The notes: generated by a model not told the origin, from the sequence alone. DNA of 64,000 nt from Candidatus Latescibacterota bacterium (GCA_965200315.1 OZ241362.1:3520001-3584000), one strand, 5' to 3'. Shown: positions 38,078 to 49,817, counted from the first letter of the stretch. A program made the numbers and translations.

Positions 38078-40432
38078 CTACTTCTCCTGTATCCGCACTG
38101 GCGATGCGGCTAGTCCGTCGGTTTTTATCACCTCTCCGCTTTTGTCGACCTGACCAAATTCCAGCACGCCCGTTGGGCAAGACTGCACACACGCGCTACA
38201 GCGTACGCACTCCGGGTCGGCCATGGGCAGCCCCTTGTTGGCAAAGTTCATAATGTCGATGCCTTGGTGGCACACCGAGGTGCAGACATTGCAGGAGATG
38301 CACTTTTTTTTGTCGGCGAGGATGCGGAAGCGGCTAAAGCGTGCGTAGATGTGCATCAAGGCCGCCAGCGGACAGGCGAAGCGACACCACATCCGGCCGC
38401 TGAAATGCCAGTATAGTCCAACGCCTAAGATGCCGGCCAGCAGCAGATCGACCGACCACACGTAGTTGAGAAAAGTCAGCGGGAAGGGCAGGTTGCCCCA
38501 GTTGGTGCCCTTGCCCATAAATAGCCCCATGTAGGCCCCGTTGATCCAGTGATCGTGCGGCAAAGCCCAGCCGACTAGGCGCAAGATGAGCAGTACGCTG
38601 GCTAGCACCAGTACGACCTGTCCCACTATGTTTACCTTGTTCCACACCATGCCGTGCGGCATCTTGTGCCGGTGCGCGTCGCCCATGGTTTCGGCTAAGG
38701 CACCGCACGAGCAGATCCAGCCGCAGTAAGCCCCTTTGCCCCAGAAGTAGATGATCAACGGGATGATGACGAAGGTCTGCACGAGGCTAATCGCCAGCCA
38801 CCACCACAGCGGCTCACTGGTGAAGACGTTCCAAAAGAACAGCGGCCAAGCGAGGATCAGCCCCAGCGAGCGCCAGTACTCGCGCCCGTGTTCGGCCCAT
38901 TGCGACTCGGGGAACAAGGCATCGGCCATCGGCTTGAGCCAAGCACCCTCGTCGAACCAGCCATTGTACCCGGCCCAAGGCAAAACCAAGTACGGCAGCA
39001 GAAAGAGCGGAATGCACTGAACCGCCATCAGCGTCAGCGTCTGCACCTTGATGTACGGCGTACGCCGTCGCTTTATGCGCTGCAAGCCGAATAGAACGAC
39101 GCACAGGCAATAGGCCAGCGAGTAGTAGAAACTCGGCTGGGTCATCGACACTTGCACCGTGTCCCACAGGGTATGGGCAGCCGTCGGTGCCGCCAAGTTG
39201 AAGGGGAAGAGATCGGCTTGGTCGAACCACTTCTTGACCGGAATGCCCGCATCGGTTTTCCAGTGGTAGATGAAAACCGCCGCCAGCAGGATGAGCCCCA
39301 AAGACAGCCAACGCCGCGGTCGCCATTCGCCGTTGATTTCCACGCCGCTGCGTCTGAAAAAGTCGAGCGGGGCCTCGCGGCCAATCATGGAAAACACCGC
39401 GTCGTTGGGCTGGCTCAGTTCCTCGCCCTCGGCGTCTTTGAGCGCGACTGCGTCTTCTTCGATGCTCAGCACTTGGCTGGCCATCAGCAGGCGGATCGAA
39501 CCCGCTTGACGGCCCTTTTCCATAAAGGCGCCGCTGCTGGTCGTCACCCGCTCGGAAGAAGGAGTATCGACGGCCACGTCGGCCATGGGATCAGCCGCGA
39601 GCATGTTCAGCTTTTCGACGTTTTCGGGCTTGGGGCGAGAAAATTCGGGCTTGCGGTAGGAGACGGTCACGCGCCCGCCGCATTGGGCGATGGCAATGGC
39701 CGCCTCTAAGGCACTGTCGCCGCCGCCAACGACCAGCACGTCTTTGTCGCAGAAGTCAACGGGATCGTGCAAGCGGTTGAAGACCTTGTCCAATTGTTCG
39801 CCCGGCACCCCTAGCTTGCGAAAATTGCCCGAGCGCCCGATCCCTACGATCACGCGGCGAGCTTTGATATTCTCTTGGCGCGGGATCTCCAATTCAAAGA
39901 GGTCTCCCCGCCTTTTTACCTGCTCGACCCGCGCTATCGTCGGCTCGATGCCTTGGGCGAGCGTCTGCTCGTGCAGTTCCTCGATCAGCGGCTCCTTGAC
40001 CTCGGATTTAAAGCGGATCTGCCCGGCTGGCTCCATTTCGGTGGGGTAGGTGTAAATGGGTTTGCCCTTGGGGAAATTGACCAGCGTAGAAAACGGCTCG
40101 GTCGCCTCCAAAAGCACAAATGACAGCCCGGCCTCCCGCGCCTCCAAGGCCGCGGACATGCCGGAAACGCCCGCGCCGACGATCGCCAAATCCAAGACAC
40201 CCTCCTGCCCCTTGCTGCGCTGGAATGCCTCGTCGGCTATGATGTGCTGCACGGCTCGTGCGCCCGTATCGGCTGAAAACTTCAACAGTGGGATTCCGGT
40301 CAAGTCGCCGACGATGTACAGCCCGGGGACATTGCTCTGCCCGTGCTCATCCACCCGCGGCAACTTCTCCACCACGCCGGCTGGCCACCGCAGGTGCAAC
40401 CAGTGTAGATAGCGACTGAGAAAATTGCTCAT
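38078..40432 (-). CDS. FAD/NAD(P)-dependent oxidoreductase (TrxR/YpdA-like) fused to a membrane 4Fe-4S (NapH/MauN-like) domain
   Basis: GAGVSG, GGGDSA; multiple TM helices; CGWICSCG, CRFACP, two CxxCxxCxxxC clusters. Confidence 0.85.
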   Translation of the reverse strand: MSNFLSRYLHWLHLRWPAGVVEKLPRVDEHGQSNVPGLYIVGDLTGIPLLKFSADTGARAVQHIIADEAFQRSKGQEGVLDLAIVGAGVSGMSAALEAREAGLSFVLLEATEPFSTLVNFPKGKPIYTYPTEMEPAGQIRFKSEVKEPLIEELHEQTLAQGIEPTIARVEQVKRRGDLFELEIPRQENIKARRVIVGIGRSGNFRKLGVPGEQLDKVFNRLHDPVDFCDKDVLVVGGGDSALEAAIAIAQCGGRVTVSYRKPEFSRPKPENVEKLNMLAADPMADVAVDTPSSERVTTSSGAFMEKGRQAGSIRLLMASQVLSIEEDAVALKDAEGEELSQPNDAVFSMIGREAPLDFFRRSGVEINGEWRPRRWLSLGLILLAAVFIYHWKTDAGIPVKKWFDQADLFPFNLAAPTAAHTLWDTVQVSMTQPSFYYSLAYCLCVVLFGLQRIKRRRTPYIKVQTLTLMAVQCIPLFLLPYLVLPWAGYNGWFDEGAWLKPMADALFPESQWAEHGREYWRSLGLILAWPLFFWNVFTSEPLWWWLAISLVQTFVIIPLIIYFWGKGAYCGWICSCGALAETMGDAHRHKMPHGMVWNKVNIVGQVVLVLASVLLILRLVGWALPHDHWINGAYMGLFMGKGTNWGNLPFPLTFLNYVWSVDLLLAGILGVGLYWHFSGRMWCRFACPLAALMHIYARFSRFRILADKKKCISCNVCTSVCHQGIDIMNFANKGLPMADPECVRCSACVQSCPTGVLEFGQVDKSGEVIKTDGLAASPVRIQEK

Positions 40433-40463
40433 GTAATCTCTCCTAGGTTTCGCTGTGTATTGA

Positions 40464-41909
40464 TCAGCGCACTAAAGCCATGCCCCGCGCTTGGACAAAT
40501 CCGGCCGCTGGTGCTTCGAGTCGGTATAGGTACGCGCCGCTGGCTACTGGCTGACCGGCGTCGTCGCGCCCGTCCCAAGGCTGCAAGTATAGCCCGGCTA
40601 CTTGGTGTCCGTCCACCAGCAAGCGCACTCGCTGCCCGGCCGCGTTGAACACGCTGAGCCGCACCGGCCCGGTTGCTGGCAGCTCGTACTGGATCAGCGT
40701 CTGCGCGTTGAACGGGTTGGGAAAATTTTGCCGCAGGGCAAAGCTCGTAGGCACGGCGTCAAAGGTTTTGACGACGGTCGCGGCTTGCTCGATGTCCTCC
40801 GCGCTGAGAATTCCCTCGCCCGGCTGCCAGACCTCAGTATCGGGCCAGTAGGCAGTCCAGGCGAACCACATGGCATTGTACGCCGGGACTTGCGCCAATC
40901 GCTGCCCGGCGAGCGGCCCGGCGACGGCTTCTCCGAGCATGTTCCAGCGCGAGCCCGTCTCTGCATCCATAAATTCCACCGGCAGCGACCCCTCGGAATC
41001 TACTCCGTAAAAGCTCAACGGCCTGTCGTCGAGCTGGCTGAAATAGGCCAAGGCCGTATGCGACGCAGCGTCGAATAGGACGACTACGGGATCGCTGCCG
41101 ACGAGATCGTTGATCACCACTCCGTCGGGCATTAGCGCAAAGGGGTACGCTTTGGTCTGGTCATTGCGGCACAACCCCAGCACTAGGTCCTTGGTCTCAA
41201 AGCGATGGTCGAATGCGCCACCGTTGGTCGTGGGTGGGAAGATCAGGTACTCGTGGCTGGTGCGGTAATCGCCGTAAGGGTAGAAGGTGTATTGTCCTTC
41301 ATTGTAGGCTGGTCGCGAGTTATAGTACTCCCAGCCCGTAGTGGCTTGTACCACGGTGGTGCTTGGGTACATCCGCTGCCACAGCGCCCACGTCGTCTCG
41401 ACCACCGGCATCAGTTCCAAGCGGTCGCCGACTTGGGGGCCGTTGATGGCCGTGTAAATCATCTGCGGGTAGAGCGTTTCGTCGTCGCGCCGGTCGTACA
41501 TGACCAAGTTGCTGTTGATCAGCAGCCCCGAGACCCCGAATTCGATTTGCGAGCCATCGCTGTCGGTGGCATTGAAGACTTGGCCGGTGCCCGTAAGCGG
41601 ACACAGGGACACTACGACCGACTGATCGCCAACGCGGTCGTTGATGACCTCGTTCCACCAGCCGATGTTGTGTGGATAGGCCCGTGGTTCGCCGTTGATG
41701 ACGATCCCCATGACCACGTTGTCTTCCTGTACGTAGTTTACTTCGTTCGGTGCCACGAAGGTGGGGTTGGTTAGAGCGGGGATGCCGTCTTTGGGCACTC
41801 CACCAGAGACGAGGTGGCTGGTGAGAAAGCTCGGATCGTTGTAGCGGCCAGCTTCAGCCGGATAGATCGCCACTAGCAATAGCAAAGCAGACAGATAAAC
41901 ATGTCGCAT
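40464..41909 (-). CDS. Secreted DUF3179 domain protein with C-terminal FlgD-Ig/T9SS-like sorting domain
   Basis: Signal peptide, GGVPKDGIPAL, CPLT, FGVSGLL..SNLVMYDR, WFAW; C-terminal QNFPNPFN...WDGRD...ASGAYLYRL. Confidence 0.85.
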   Translation of the reverse strand: MRHVYLSALLLLVAIYPAEAGRYNDPSFLTSHLVSGGVPKDGIPALTNPTFVAPNEVNYVQEDNVVMGIVINGEPRAYPHNIGWWNEVINDRVGDQSVVVSLCPLTGTGQVFNATDSDGSQIEFGVSGLLINSNLVMYDRRDDETLYPQMIYTAINGPQVGDRLELMPVVETTWALWQRMYPSTTVVQATTGWEYYNSRPAYNEGQYTFYPYGDYRTSHEYLIFPPTTNGGAFDHRFETKDLVLGLCRNDQTKAYPFALMPDGVVINDLVGSDPVVVLFDAASHTALAYFSQLDDRPLSFYGVDSEGSLPVEFMDAETGSRWNMLGEAVAGPLAGQRLAQVPAYNAMWFAWTAYWPDTEVWQPGEGILSAEDIEQAATVVKTFDAVPTSFALRQNFPNPFNAQTLIQYELPATGPVRLSVFNAAGQRVRLLVDGHQVAGLYLQPWDGRDDAGQPVASGAYLYRLEAPAAGFVQARGMALVR

Positions 41910-42186
41910 CGGATGCTCCTTTCGCTCCGGTTCTAAGCTCGACTTTATCCAAATTAACCATTTTGTCGTCGTTTCTCCTATTTTACTCCGCGTTTGGTCG
42001 CAGGCTCAGACTCTGTAGGTTAGTCCTGTCTCGTGCCGGATACAGTTTAGCCCCGCGCTGCCCCGTCCTTCCCTCTGCTTTTCAGCCTTGGCACGGATAT
42101 TGCGATTGCTAACGGCGAATGGCCCAACCGTCCCTTTAGTTCGGGCGGCTTGGGAAACTCTACTTCCTAATCTCCGATAGAGCGCC

Positions 42187-42631
42187 ATGGCCGAGTTGGA
42201 TGCCGTTTCCAAACATCTGATCCAAACCTATCCCGCCGACTTCGTCCACTTCGCCCTCCAGCGCGCTGACGTCGAAATCCTCGGAGTACTCGACACCGAA
42301 CAACCCACTGTCGAAGCCCGCCGCACCGACAGTCTCATCCGCGTGCGCATTGACGGCGAGGGTGCCCTAGTCCACTACGAATTTCAAACAGTGCCCGTGA
42401 GGAAGGCATGAAGAAAGGGATCGAACAAGGGATCAAGCAGGGCATTGAGCAAGGGCTCCGACAAAGTATCCAAGAAGTGTTGGCGCTGCGCTTTGATCTC
42501 GGCGCTGTTCAATCTTTCGCCGCGGGCTTGGGGGCATCAACGATGTGCAGCGCCTCAAGCAGTTGCATCGGGCAGCCATACAGGTGCCTAGCCTTGAAGT
42601 CTTTCGCAGCCTGTTAGACGACTTCGCGTGA
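42187..42631 (+). pseudogene. Rpn/YhgA-like (PD-(D/E)xK) protein remnant, internally deleted and frameshifted
   Basis: N-part RRTDSL...HYEFQT joined directly to GIEQG repeats, LALRF and C-terminal helix in other frames. Confidence 0.75.
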
Positions 42632-42677
42632 TATCAATTGGGAAAGTGGATAAGGTCGAGCTAGGGCCAGTGCGTCG

Positions 42678-44711
42678 CTATTTGCGCGGTTTCCTTCCAT
42701 ACCGCTCCCGCAAGACTCGCCGCATCACCTTGTTCGACGCAGTCCGCGGCAGCGATTCCACTACTAACACCTCGTGAATTTTGAACAGCGGATTGAGTTC
42801 CCGGCGGATCGTCTGCTGCATTGCGGCCCTTCGATCTTGCTCAGGACAGGCTTGCAAGCGATCGCCGGCGTTTTCCAGCACCGCGAAGATCACCAGCAGG
42901 CTCGGCCCACCCCCCGGCGGCGGTGCTGCAATCGCTGCGGTCTCGACCACGCCCGGCATCGCATTTAAGACTCGCTCAATCTCGGCTGAACTCACCTTAA
43001 TTCCGCCTAGATTCATGGCGTCGTCGGTTCGGCCGTGGACTCGATAGATGCCCGGGGCCAGCCGCTCGACTTGGTCGCCGTGGCGGCGCAGTGGCACTCC
43101 GTCTCGTTTGGGTACGCCCTCGTAGTACACTTCGCGGTGGTCGCGGTTGAGTACCCGAGTTGACATGCCAATGGCGGGCGGCACTAAAAAGACCTCGCCG
43201 CTTGCACACTCCCGTCCGTTTTCGTCCAAAATAGCCAAATCCGTCCCCAGCGTCGCCGAATTGAAGGTCGCGGGTGCGACCGGTTCGACTAGCGTGCTGA
43301 GCAAGTAGCCGCCCGCTAGCTCGGTGCCGCCGCAGTATTCGAGTATCGGCCGATACCCCGCCAGCGCCATCAGATAGTGCATGTCCTCGGCATTGGAGCA
43401 CTCTCCGGTGGTACTAAAAGCCCGAATCGCCGAAAAGTCGATCCCCTCCATGCAGCCCGTGCTGCGCCAGGTGCGCACCATGCTCGGGATAATGCCGAGC
43501 ATGGTAATGCCAGCCGCCTGCACAAACTCCCCAAAGCCCCGCTCGGTCGGCGTACCATAGTAAAGCGCCATGGTCGCCCGGTTCAAAAAGGCGGCGTAGA
43601 TCAGCCACGGCCCCATCATCCAGCCTAGATTGGTCGGCCAAGCGACCACATCGCCCGGATGGACATCGTGGTGATAATGCGCGTCGGCACCGCACTTGAT
43701 CGGGTTGACATGGGTCCAAGGCAGGGCCTTGGGGTCGCCGGTCGTGCCCGACGAAAACAGGACATTGGTCGTCGCGTCGGGGTTGTTGGCCACGGCCGCC
43801 GGTGCCTCGTCGGCTTGTAGGAATTCGTCCCAGCGCAGATCCCCAAGACGCAGCGTTTCCGTCAATCCCTTTCCGCGCCCCGACAGTACAATCGCCAACG
43901 GGGCCTCCGCAGCGACCAAGCGCGGATACAGCGGCAACTCGCGCCCCCCGCGCAAAATCACGTCTTGGGTAAAAACGGCCTTGGCCTCCCCAATCCGCAG
44001 TCGGGCGGCGATCTGGGGGGCGGCGAAGCTGTCGGCAATGGCCACTACCGAGCAACCGGCCTTGATGATTCCTAGATAGATTGCCACCGACTCGACCGTC
44101 ATCGGCATGGCCACGGCAATCCGGTCGCCGGGTCCAAATCCCAAGGCGCACAACCCGCCGGAGATCCGGTCGCACAGGGCTTCTAAGTCCCCGAAACTCA
44201 TTCGCTCAAGCTGACCACCCTCGCGCTGGAAGACGATGGCCGTCTGATCGGCGGGTGCTTGGAAGCAACTCTCGGCGATATTCATCTCGGCCCCGACAAA
44301 CCACTGGGGTGCTTCGACGCCTTGGGATAGATCGAGAAGCCGCGTGTACGGCTTGCGGAAGCGGATTCCCAAGCGAGCGATTGTCCGCTCCCAAAATGCC
44401 TCTCGCTCTGCAACCGACCACGCAAAGAGCGCGGCGTGCGAATTTAGGCCAAGCTCGCGGCGCAGTGCCGTCATATGCGCGTGCTCAATGTCTGCTGGTT
44501 CGGGGAAAAACACCGGGCCGCCCGCGCTGCCGTAGATTGCCCGATAGAGCAACTGGTGCAGCGCAAAGGGATGATCCGGTCTCAGAATGGATCGGGCCGC
44601 CCGCTGCCAGCGCGTTTCCGGCGAGCCGGAGAGGGCTTCGATTTGAGCTAAGAGCTGGGCGGCCTCTGGTTCGCCGACCCCGCAGCCGATGATGTCTGCG
44701 CGTTGGATCAT
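42678..44711 (-). CDS. AMP-binding acyl-CoA synthetase (acetyl-CoA synthetase-like)
   Basis: [37 protein letters not shown]; ATGA overlap with the upstream gene. Confidence 0.9.
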   Translation of the reverse strand: MIQRADIIGCGVGEPEAAQLLAQIEALSGSPETRWQRAARSILRPDHPFALHQLLYRAIYGSAGGPVFFPEPADIEHAHMTALRRELGLNSHAALFAWSVAEREAFWERTIARLGIRFRKPYTRLLDLSQGVEAPQWFVGAEMNIAESCFQAPADQTAIVFQREGGQLERMSFGDLEALCDRISGGLCALGFGPGDRIAVAMPMTVESVAIYLGIIKAGCSVVAIADSFAAPQIAARLRIGEAKAVFTQDVILRGGRELPLYPRLVAAEAPLAIVLSGRGKGLTETLRLGDLRWDEFLQADEAPAAVANNPDATTNVLFSSGTTGDPKALPWTHVNPIKCGADAHYHHDVHPGDVVAWPTNLGWMMGPWLIYAAFLNRATMALYYGTPTERGFGEFVQAAGITMLGIIPSMVRTWRSTGCMEGIDFSAIRAFSTTGECSNAEDMHYLMALAGYRPILEYCGGTELAGGYLLSTLVEPVAPATFNSATLGTDLAILDENGRECASGEVFLVPPAIGMSTRVLNRDHREVYYEGVPKRDGVPLRRHGDQVERLAPGIYRVHGRTDDAMNLGGIKVSSAEIERVLNAMPGVVETAAIAAPPPGGGPSLLVIFAVLENAGDRLQACPEQDRRAAMQQTIRRELNPLFKIHEVLVVESLPRTASNKVMRRVLRERYGRKPRK

Positions 44712-47047
44712 GGTGCCACGACCACCCGTATGCTCTGGCTCAATTCCGTCGGTGGGAGGCAACGGACCTCGTCACAGGCCTGATACTGGACCAAGAAGCG
44801 CAAATAGCCCGAGGTCCCAGCCGCTGCTGGGGGCAGCGACAAATCCGCCCACAGGGCGACCTGATCCTCGTACACCGCGAGCGTCTCGGCTAGGGCCGGA
44901 AAGGCCTGCGAGCGGCCGGTGGGATAGCGCACGTGGGCAAAAGCCAGCGGCCAGTCTGCATTGAGCGTCAGCGAGGTGGGAATGAGTAAGTCGCCCGAGG
45001 GCGGGTTGGCGTTGATGTGCCAGCCCGGGCGGATGTCTAGATGCACGGCCACGGCAAAAGCCTCGCCTGCCACGGGCTGTTGCGCGGGTAGTTCGACCCG
45101 CATGGAGACCAACGAATCCGCTTGCGCGTTCGCTAATGCGGCTGCGGACAGCGACGCTTGCAGATGGCGCTCGACTGCGGCGGTCAAATGCACCGAGGCC
45201 GCAGGCTGCGCCCACATGGCTCCGCCAAAAGCGGATAGGATTTGCGCTACCCGGCTGCGATAGGCTTCGGCAAGCTCAGCCGAGCCGTGCGCTTGGCCCG
45301 TCAGTTCGGCCAAGTCTAACAGCACGTGGGTGGCCACTGCATTGCCCGAAGGCAGGGCCGAGTCTTGGGCGAATTTGCTGCGCACGATAAGGGCGTTACT
45401 AGCTTCCGTAAAGAAAAACCCCCCGACCTCTTCGTCCCAAAACCGCGCCACCATCTCGTCGCTCAGCTCGTGCGCAGCCTGTAACCAGCGCGCCTCGCCA
45501 GTGGCCCGGTACAATGCCGTCAGCCCGCGCGTCAAAAACGCATAGTCGTCTAGATACGCTTCCTGCCGCGAGATCCCCAGCCGATGGACCCGCCACAGCC
45601 CCCCATCCTCGCGCCGCAGGTGCTCCAGAGCGAAATCAGCCGCCCGCTCGGCTGCTTGGCGATATTCAGGATCGCCCAAAACCGCGAAACCCCGCGCGTA
45701 CGCTTCGATCATCATCCCGTTCCAAGCGGCTAGCACCTTGTCGTCGAGGAGGGGATAGGGCCGCTCGGCCCGCGCCGCAAGGACGCGCTGCCGCAAGGGT
45801 GCCATCCGATCCCGCAACTCGGCAGGCGGCGTTTTCACGTAGAGGACGCCCCCCTCGCCTTCGGGCATGGGGGCCAACCCATAGGCGCCCCAGAACAATT
45901 CCGCCTCGTGCCCCAACACGTTCTCTATATCCTCCGCAGTCCACAGGTAGTACTTGCCCTCTTCGGCCTCGGTCTCGGCGTCCAATGCCGAGTAAAAAGC
46001 TCCTTCCGGGCCGGTCATCTCCCGTGCGACAAAGCGAAAAATATCCTCTGCCACCCACCGCCAGCGGTCGTCTCCCGTCAGTTCGTACGCGCACAAGTAT
46101 AGCCGCGACAAATGAGCTTGGTTGTAGAGCATCTTCTCGAAGTGCGGCACTCGCCACTCGGCGTCCGTGGCGTAGCGGTGAAAGCCGCCGCCGATTTGGT
46201 CGTAGATGCCGCCGGCCGCCATCCGCTCCAGCGAGTGCAAAACGATGCGCTGTACTTGGGGATCGGCAAAGCGCTCGGCCGTGGCCGTCAGCATCTCCAA
46301 GCGCAAGCTCGGGGGGAATTTGGGTGCGCCCCCGAAGCCGCCGTTAATCGCGTCGTAGCGCGCCTGAATAGCGGCTAGCACTCGCGCTACTAGCAAAGAA
46401 TCTGCTGGCACGGCTGTCATCTGCTGCCCGGATTCCAAGTCGCGGATGGCCGCGGTCAAGCGGCCCGCGATTTGGAGCACTTGCTCGCGCTTATTCTGCC
46501 AGCGCTGGTGCGTGAAGTCCAAGACTTGGGGAAAGGAAGGCCGCCCGGGCAAGGGCTTGGGCGGAAAGTACGTGCCGGCGAAAAACGGCTCTTGGTCTGG
46601 CGTCAAAAACACCGAATTGGGCCAGCCACCGTGCTGAGTAGTTAGCTGGGTCGCCAGCATGTAAATGCGGTCGATGTCGGGCCGCTCCTCGCGATCGACC
46701 TTGATGTTGATAAAGCTAACGTTCATCTGCGCCGCGATTTCGGGATCGGAAAAGACCAGCCGCTCCATGACGTGGCACCAATAACAGGTTGAGTAGCCGA
46801 CCGACAAAAAGATCGGCTTGTCCTCGGCCTTGGCCCTCGCTAGTGCCTCCTCCCCCCAGGGGTACCACTCGACCGGATTGTGCGCGTGTAGCAATAAATA
46901 GGGGCTCGTCTCCCCCACTAGATGATTGCTGTACTTCCAAGATCCATCCGCGTTCTTCAGCTCATTCCCTACGGCAACTCCCGCACCCAAAGCCGCGGCG
47001 AAGAGGCCGAGCCAAAAGCACCGGGATATGGACCAAAGACGCGCCAA
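44708..47047 (-). CDS. DUF255/YyaL (SPATA20-like) thioredoxin-domain protein with C-terminal DsbD-N-like domain
   Basis: [33 protein letters not shown]; C-terminal GWHINAN...[12 protein letters not shown]. Confidence 0.9.
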   Translation of the reverse strand: MARLWSISRCFWLGLFAAALGAGVAVGNELKNADGSWKYSNHLVGETSPYLLLHAHNPVEWYPWGEEALARAKAEDKPIFLSVGYSTCYWCHVMERLVFSDPEIAAQMNVSFINIKVDREERPDIDRIYMLATQLTTQHGGWPNSVFLTPDQEPFFAGTYFPPKPLPGRPSFPQVLDFTHQRWQNKREQVLQIAGRLTAAIRDLESGQQMTAVPADSLLVARVLAAIQARYDAINGGFGGAPKFPPSLRLEMLTATAERFADPQVQRIVLHSLERMAAGGIYDQIGGGFHRYATDAEWRVPHFEKMLYNQAHLSRLYLCAYELTGDDRWRWVAEDIFRFVAREMTGPEGAFYSALDAETEAEEGKYYLWTAEDIENVLGHEAELFWGAYGLAPMPEGEGGVLYVKTPPAELRDRMAPLRQRVLAARAERPYPLLDDKVLAAWNGMMIEAYARGFAVLGDPEYRQAAERAADFALEHLRREDGGLWRVHRLGISRQEAYLDDYAFLTRGLTALYRATGEARWLQAAHELSDEMVARFWDEEVGGFFFTEASNALIVRSKFAQDSALPSGNAVATHVLLDLAELTGQAHGSAELAEAYRSRVAQILSAFGGAMWAQPAASVHLTAAVERHLQASLSAAALANAQADSLVSMRVELPAQQPVAGEAFAVAVHLDIRPGWHINANPPSGDLLIPTSLTLNADWPLAFAHVRYPTGRSQAFPALAETLAVYEDQVALWADLSLPPAAAGTSGYLRFLVQYQACDEVRCLPPTELSQSIRVVVAP

Positions 47048-47056
47048 GTAGGCCCC

Positions 47057-48094
47057 CTACCCGATCATTTCTCGGGTCGCCTCCACTACGTACTGGACGT
47101 CCTCTGGCCCCACGTGCCGATTCGCCACCAGCCGCGCCCCGTGCGGCGGACGCGGATTGCACAACACCCCCCGCGCCTTCCACTTGGCCACCAGATCGGC
47201 CGCCGACCACCCCAAGGCCGCAAAATCCACCTTGAGTATGTTGGTCGGTCGCGGCGGAAAAGTCACCTCGACGCCCTCGATTGCGCCCAACCCCACGGCC
47301 AGTTCCCGCGCCACTACGTGGTCTTCAGCCAGCCGATCTACCATCTCCTCTAAGGCTACGATCCCGGCCGCGGCCACTACACCGGCTTGGCGCATGGCAC
47401 CGCCGAGCCGCTTGCGCATCCGATAGGCCCGGTCGACAAAGTCCCTGCTGCCGCACAGTAGCGAGCCGACCGGTGCGCTCAGCCCCTTGGAGATGCAGAA
47501 CATCACGGAGTCAACGTGCTGAGTGTATTCTGGGACCGTCGTCCCGGTGGCTATGGCGGCGTTAAAAATGCGCGCCCCGTCCACGTGCAGTTTCAGCCCG
47601 TGTTCGCGGCATGCGGCACTCACCGCAGCCACCTCGGCGACGGACCAAGCGTGGCCAGCGTGGTTGTTGTGGGTGTTCTCGATGCAGACGACCTTGAGCG
47701 GGGCGAAGTGCGGGTTGTCGGCGCGGACCGTGTCGCGTACCTGGTCGGCGGTGATGACGCCGTGCTCGCCCGCAGCGATGCGCGCGGACAGCCCGGCGAG
47801 CGAGGCGTAGGTTCCGGCCTCCCAGTAGTACATGTGAGCCTGTTCCTCAAAGAGCACCTCGTCTCCCCAATTGGTGTGGGTCATCAAGGCGCAGGCATTG
47901 CCCATCGTACCCGAAGCCACGTAGAGCGCGGCTTCGAGGCCCACCTTTTCGGCCGCCAATTCTTGCAGATGGTTGACCGTTGGGTCTTCGCCGTACACAT
48001 CGTCGCCCAATGGCGCACAGGCCATGGCTTCCCGCATGGCCTCGGTCGGCAGGGTAATCGTGTCGCTGCGCAGGTCTATTGTTTTGTCGCTCAT
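47057..48094 (-). CDS. ltaE: Low-specificity L-threonine aldolase
   Basis: [48 protein letters not shown]. Confidence 0.93.
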   Translation of the reverse strand: MSDKTIDLRSDTITLPTEAMREAMACAPLGDDVYGEDPTVNHLQELAAEKVGLEAALYVASGTMGNACALMTHTNWGDEVLFEEQAHMYYWEAGTYASLAGLSARIAAGEHGVITADQVRDTVRADNPHFAPLKVVCIENTHNNHAGHAWSVAEVAAVSAACREHGLKLHVDGARIFNAAIATGTTVPEYTQHVDSVMFCISKGLSAPVGSLLCGSRDFVDRAYRMRKRLGGAMRQAGVVAAAGIVALEEMVDRLAEDHVVARELAVGLGAIEGVEVTFPPRPTNILKVDFAALGWSAADLVAKWKARGVLCNPRPPHGARLVANRHVGPEDVQYVVEATREMIG

Positions 48095-48182
48095 AATGGG
48101 TAGGCTCCTCAATTGACGCTGTAATTTGCTCGCCCTATTTTAGGCGGTCGCAAAATTTACAAATCACAAGGAGTTGCGTCCA

Positions 48183-49817
48183 ATGGCCTTTTCTGCCAAA
48201 GGCACCACCCACCGCAGCACCGCCACGGGCCGCCGCGGCATGATCGCCGCGGCGCATCCTCTCGCCGCGCTCGCCGGTATGCGCGTCCTGATGGAGGGCG
48301 GCAATGCCATTGACGCGGCCATTGCCACGGCCGCCGCGCTCAACGTGGTTGAGCCGTATATGTCGGGCATTGGCGGCGTTGGCTATCTGCACATCTACAG
48401 CACCCGCGAAAAAGAGCACAAGATCGTCGATTACGTCGGCCTCACCCCGCGGGCGGCCACGCTGAATCTGTACGACAGCAACGACAAACAGGGGCTCGGC
48501 CCCCTTTCGCCGGTGGTCCCTGGTGCTTGCGGCGGCTGGCTGGCCGCGCTGGAGCGCTACGGCTCGATGGACGCCGCCCGCGTCTTCGCTCCGGCCATTG
48601 AGTACGCCGAGCAGGGCTACGCCCTCACGGTCAAGAATGCCTATTTCTATGCGGGCGCGGCCTCAAGCCTGCGCCGCTTCAAGACCGGTGCCGACACCTA
48701 TCTGCTCAATGGCGCGGCCCCTGAGCCTGGGGAAGTGGTGGTGCAAAAGGCCCTTGCCGAGACCTTCCGCCAAGTCGCAGCCGAGGGCGCGGATGTCTTT
48801 TACAAGGGCGCGATTGCCGACCGCATCGCCCGCTATATGGAGGAGACCGGCGGCCTGATTACAAAAGAAGACCTCGCCGATTTCGCTCCGGCATTCATTG
48901 ACCCGATCTCTATCAACTATCGCGGCTATGAGGTCTTTGCGCCGCCGCCGCCCTGCCAAGCTGTCCAGTACTTGGAGACGCTGGCCATCATGGAGGGCTT
49001 TGACGTGGCCGGCCTCGGCCACAACACCGCCCCGACCTTGCACCGCTTTATCGAGACTACCAAGCTGGCCATGGCCGACCGCATTGCCTACGCGGCCATC
49101 GACAACCCACCGACCGCAGGCCTGCTGTCGAAGGAATACGCAGCCGAGCGGCGTACGCTCATCGGCGACAAGGCCCAGTTTACCGCGGGCGAGCACCTCG
49201 TACCCGGCGGCCCGGTCGGGGAGGTCAAAGCGGGTGACCCGCGCGTGTGGATGAGCGAATGCACGACCCATTTCGACACCATCGACGCCGATGGCAACGC
49301 CGTCGCTTGTACCCAGAGCTTGGGCGGTGCTTTTGGTTCGTCCATGGTGGTGCCGGAGACCGGCATTGCGCTCAACGACTTCATGCGCTGGTTCGACCGC
49401 GAGCCTACTAGCCCCAACGTCATTGGTCCGGCCAAGAAAAACGAGATGTGCGTCTCACCGGCCCAAGTTTGGGACGCCGATGGCCTGCGCCTGCTCATCG
49501 GCACCCCAGGGAGCTATGGCATCCTCCAGACTACCCCGCAGATGATCATGAACATCCTCGATCACCAGATGAACGTCCAAGCCGCCATTGAGGCCCCGCG
49601 CGTCAAGACCGGAAGCTCCGGCTTTGTCGTCGATGCTGAAAATCGCATTGACCGCGAGGTCTTCGCCGAGCTGGAGCGCCGCGGCCACCAGTTCAATTTC
49701 CTCGGCGACTGGTCGCCCGGAGTCGGCGGTGGCCAAGGCATCATGGTCGATGCCGACACGGGTTCCTTTATGGGCGGGGCCGACCCGCGCCGCGACGGCT
49801 ATGCCCTCGGTTGGTGA
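48183..49817 (+). CDS. ggt: Gamma-glutamyltransferase family protein
   Basis: GGNAIDAAIA, CTTHF autoproteolysis Thr, GTPGS, GGADPRRDG. Confidence 0.92.
   Translation: MAFSAKGTTHRSTATGRRGMIAAAHPLAALAGMRVLMEGGNAIDAAIATAAALNVVEPYMSGIGGVGYLHIYSTREKEHKIVDYVGLTPRAATLNLYDSNDKQGLGPLSPVVPGACGGWLAALERYGSMDAARVFAPAIEYAEQGYALTVKNAYFYAGAASSLRRFKTGADTYLLNGAAPEPGEVVVQKALAETFRQVAAEGADVFYKGAIADRIARYMEETGGLITKEDLADFAPAFIDPISINYRGYEVFAPPPPCQAVQYLETLAIMEGFDVAGLGHNTAPTLHRFIETTKLAMADRIAYAAIDNPPTAGLLSKEYAAERRTLIGDKAQFTAGEHLVPGGPVGEVKAGDPRVWMSECTTHFDTIDADGNAVACTQSLGGAFGSSMVVPETGIALNDFMRWFDREPTSPNVIGPAKKNEMCVSPAQVWDADGLRLLIGTPGSYGILQTTPQMIMNILDHQMNVQAAIEAPRVKTGSSGFVVDAENRIDREVFAELERRGHQFNFLGDWSPGVGGGQGIMVDADTGSFMGGADPRRDGYALGW

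Noticed and set aside
40464-41909. Selenoprotein recoding in DUF3179
   Set aside because: ORF is open with no in-frame TGA
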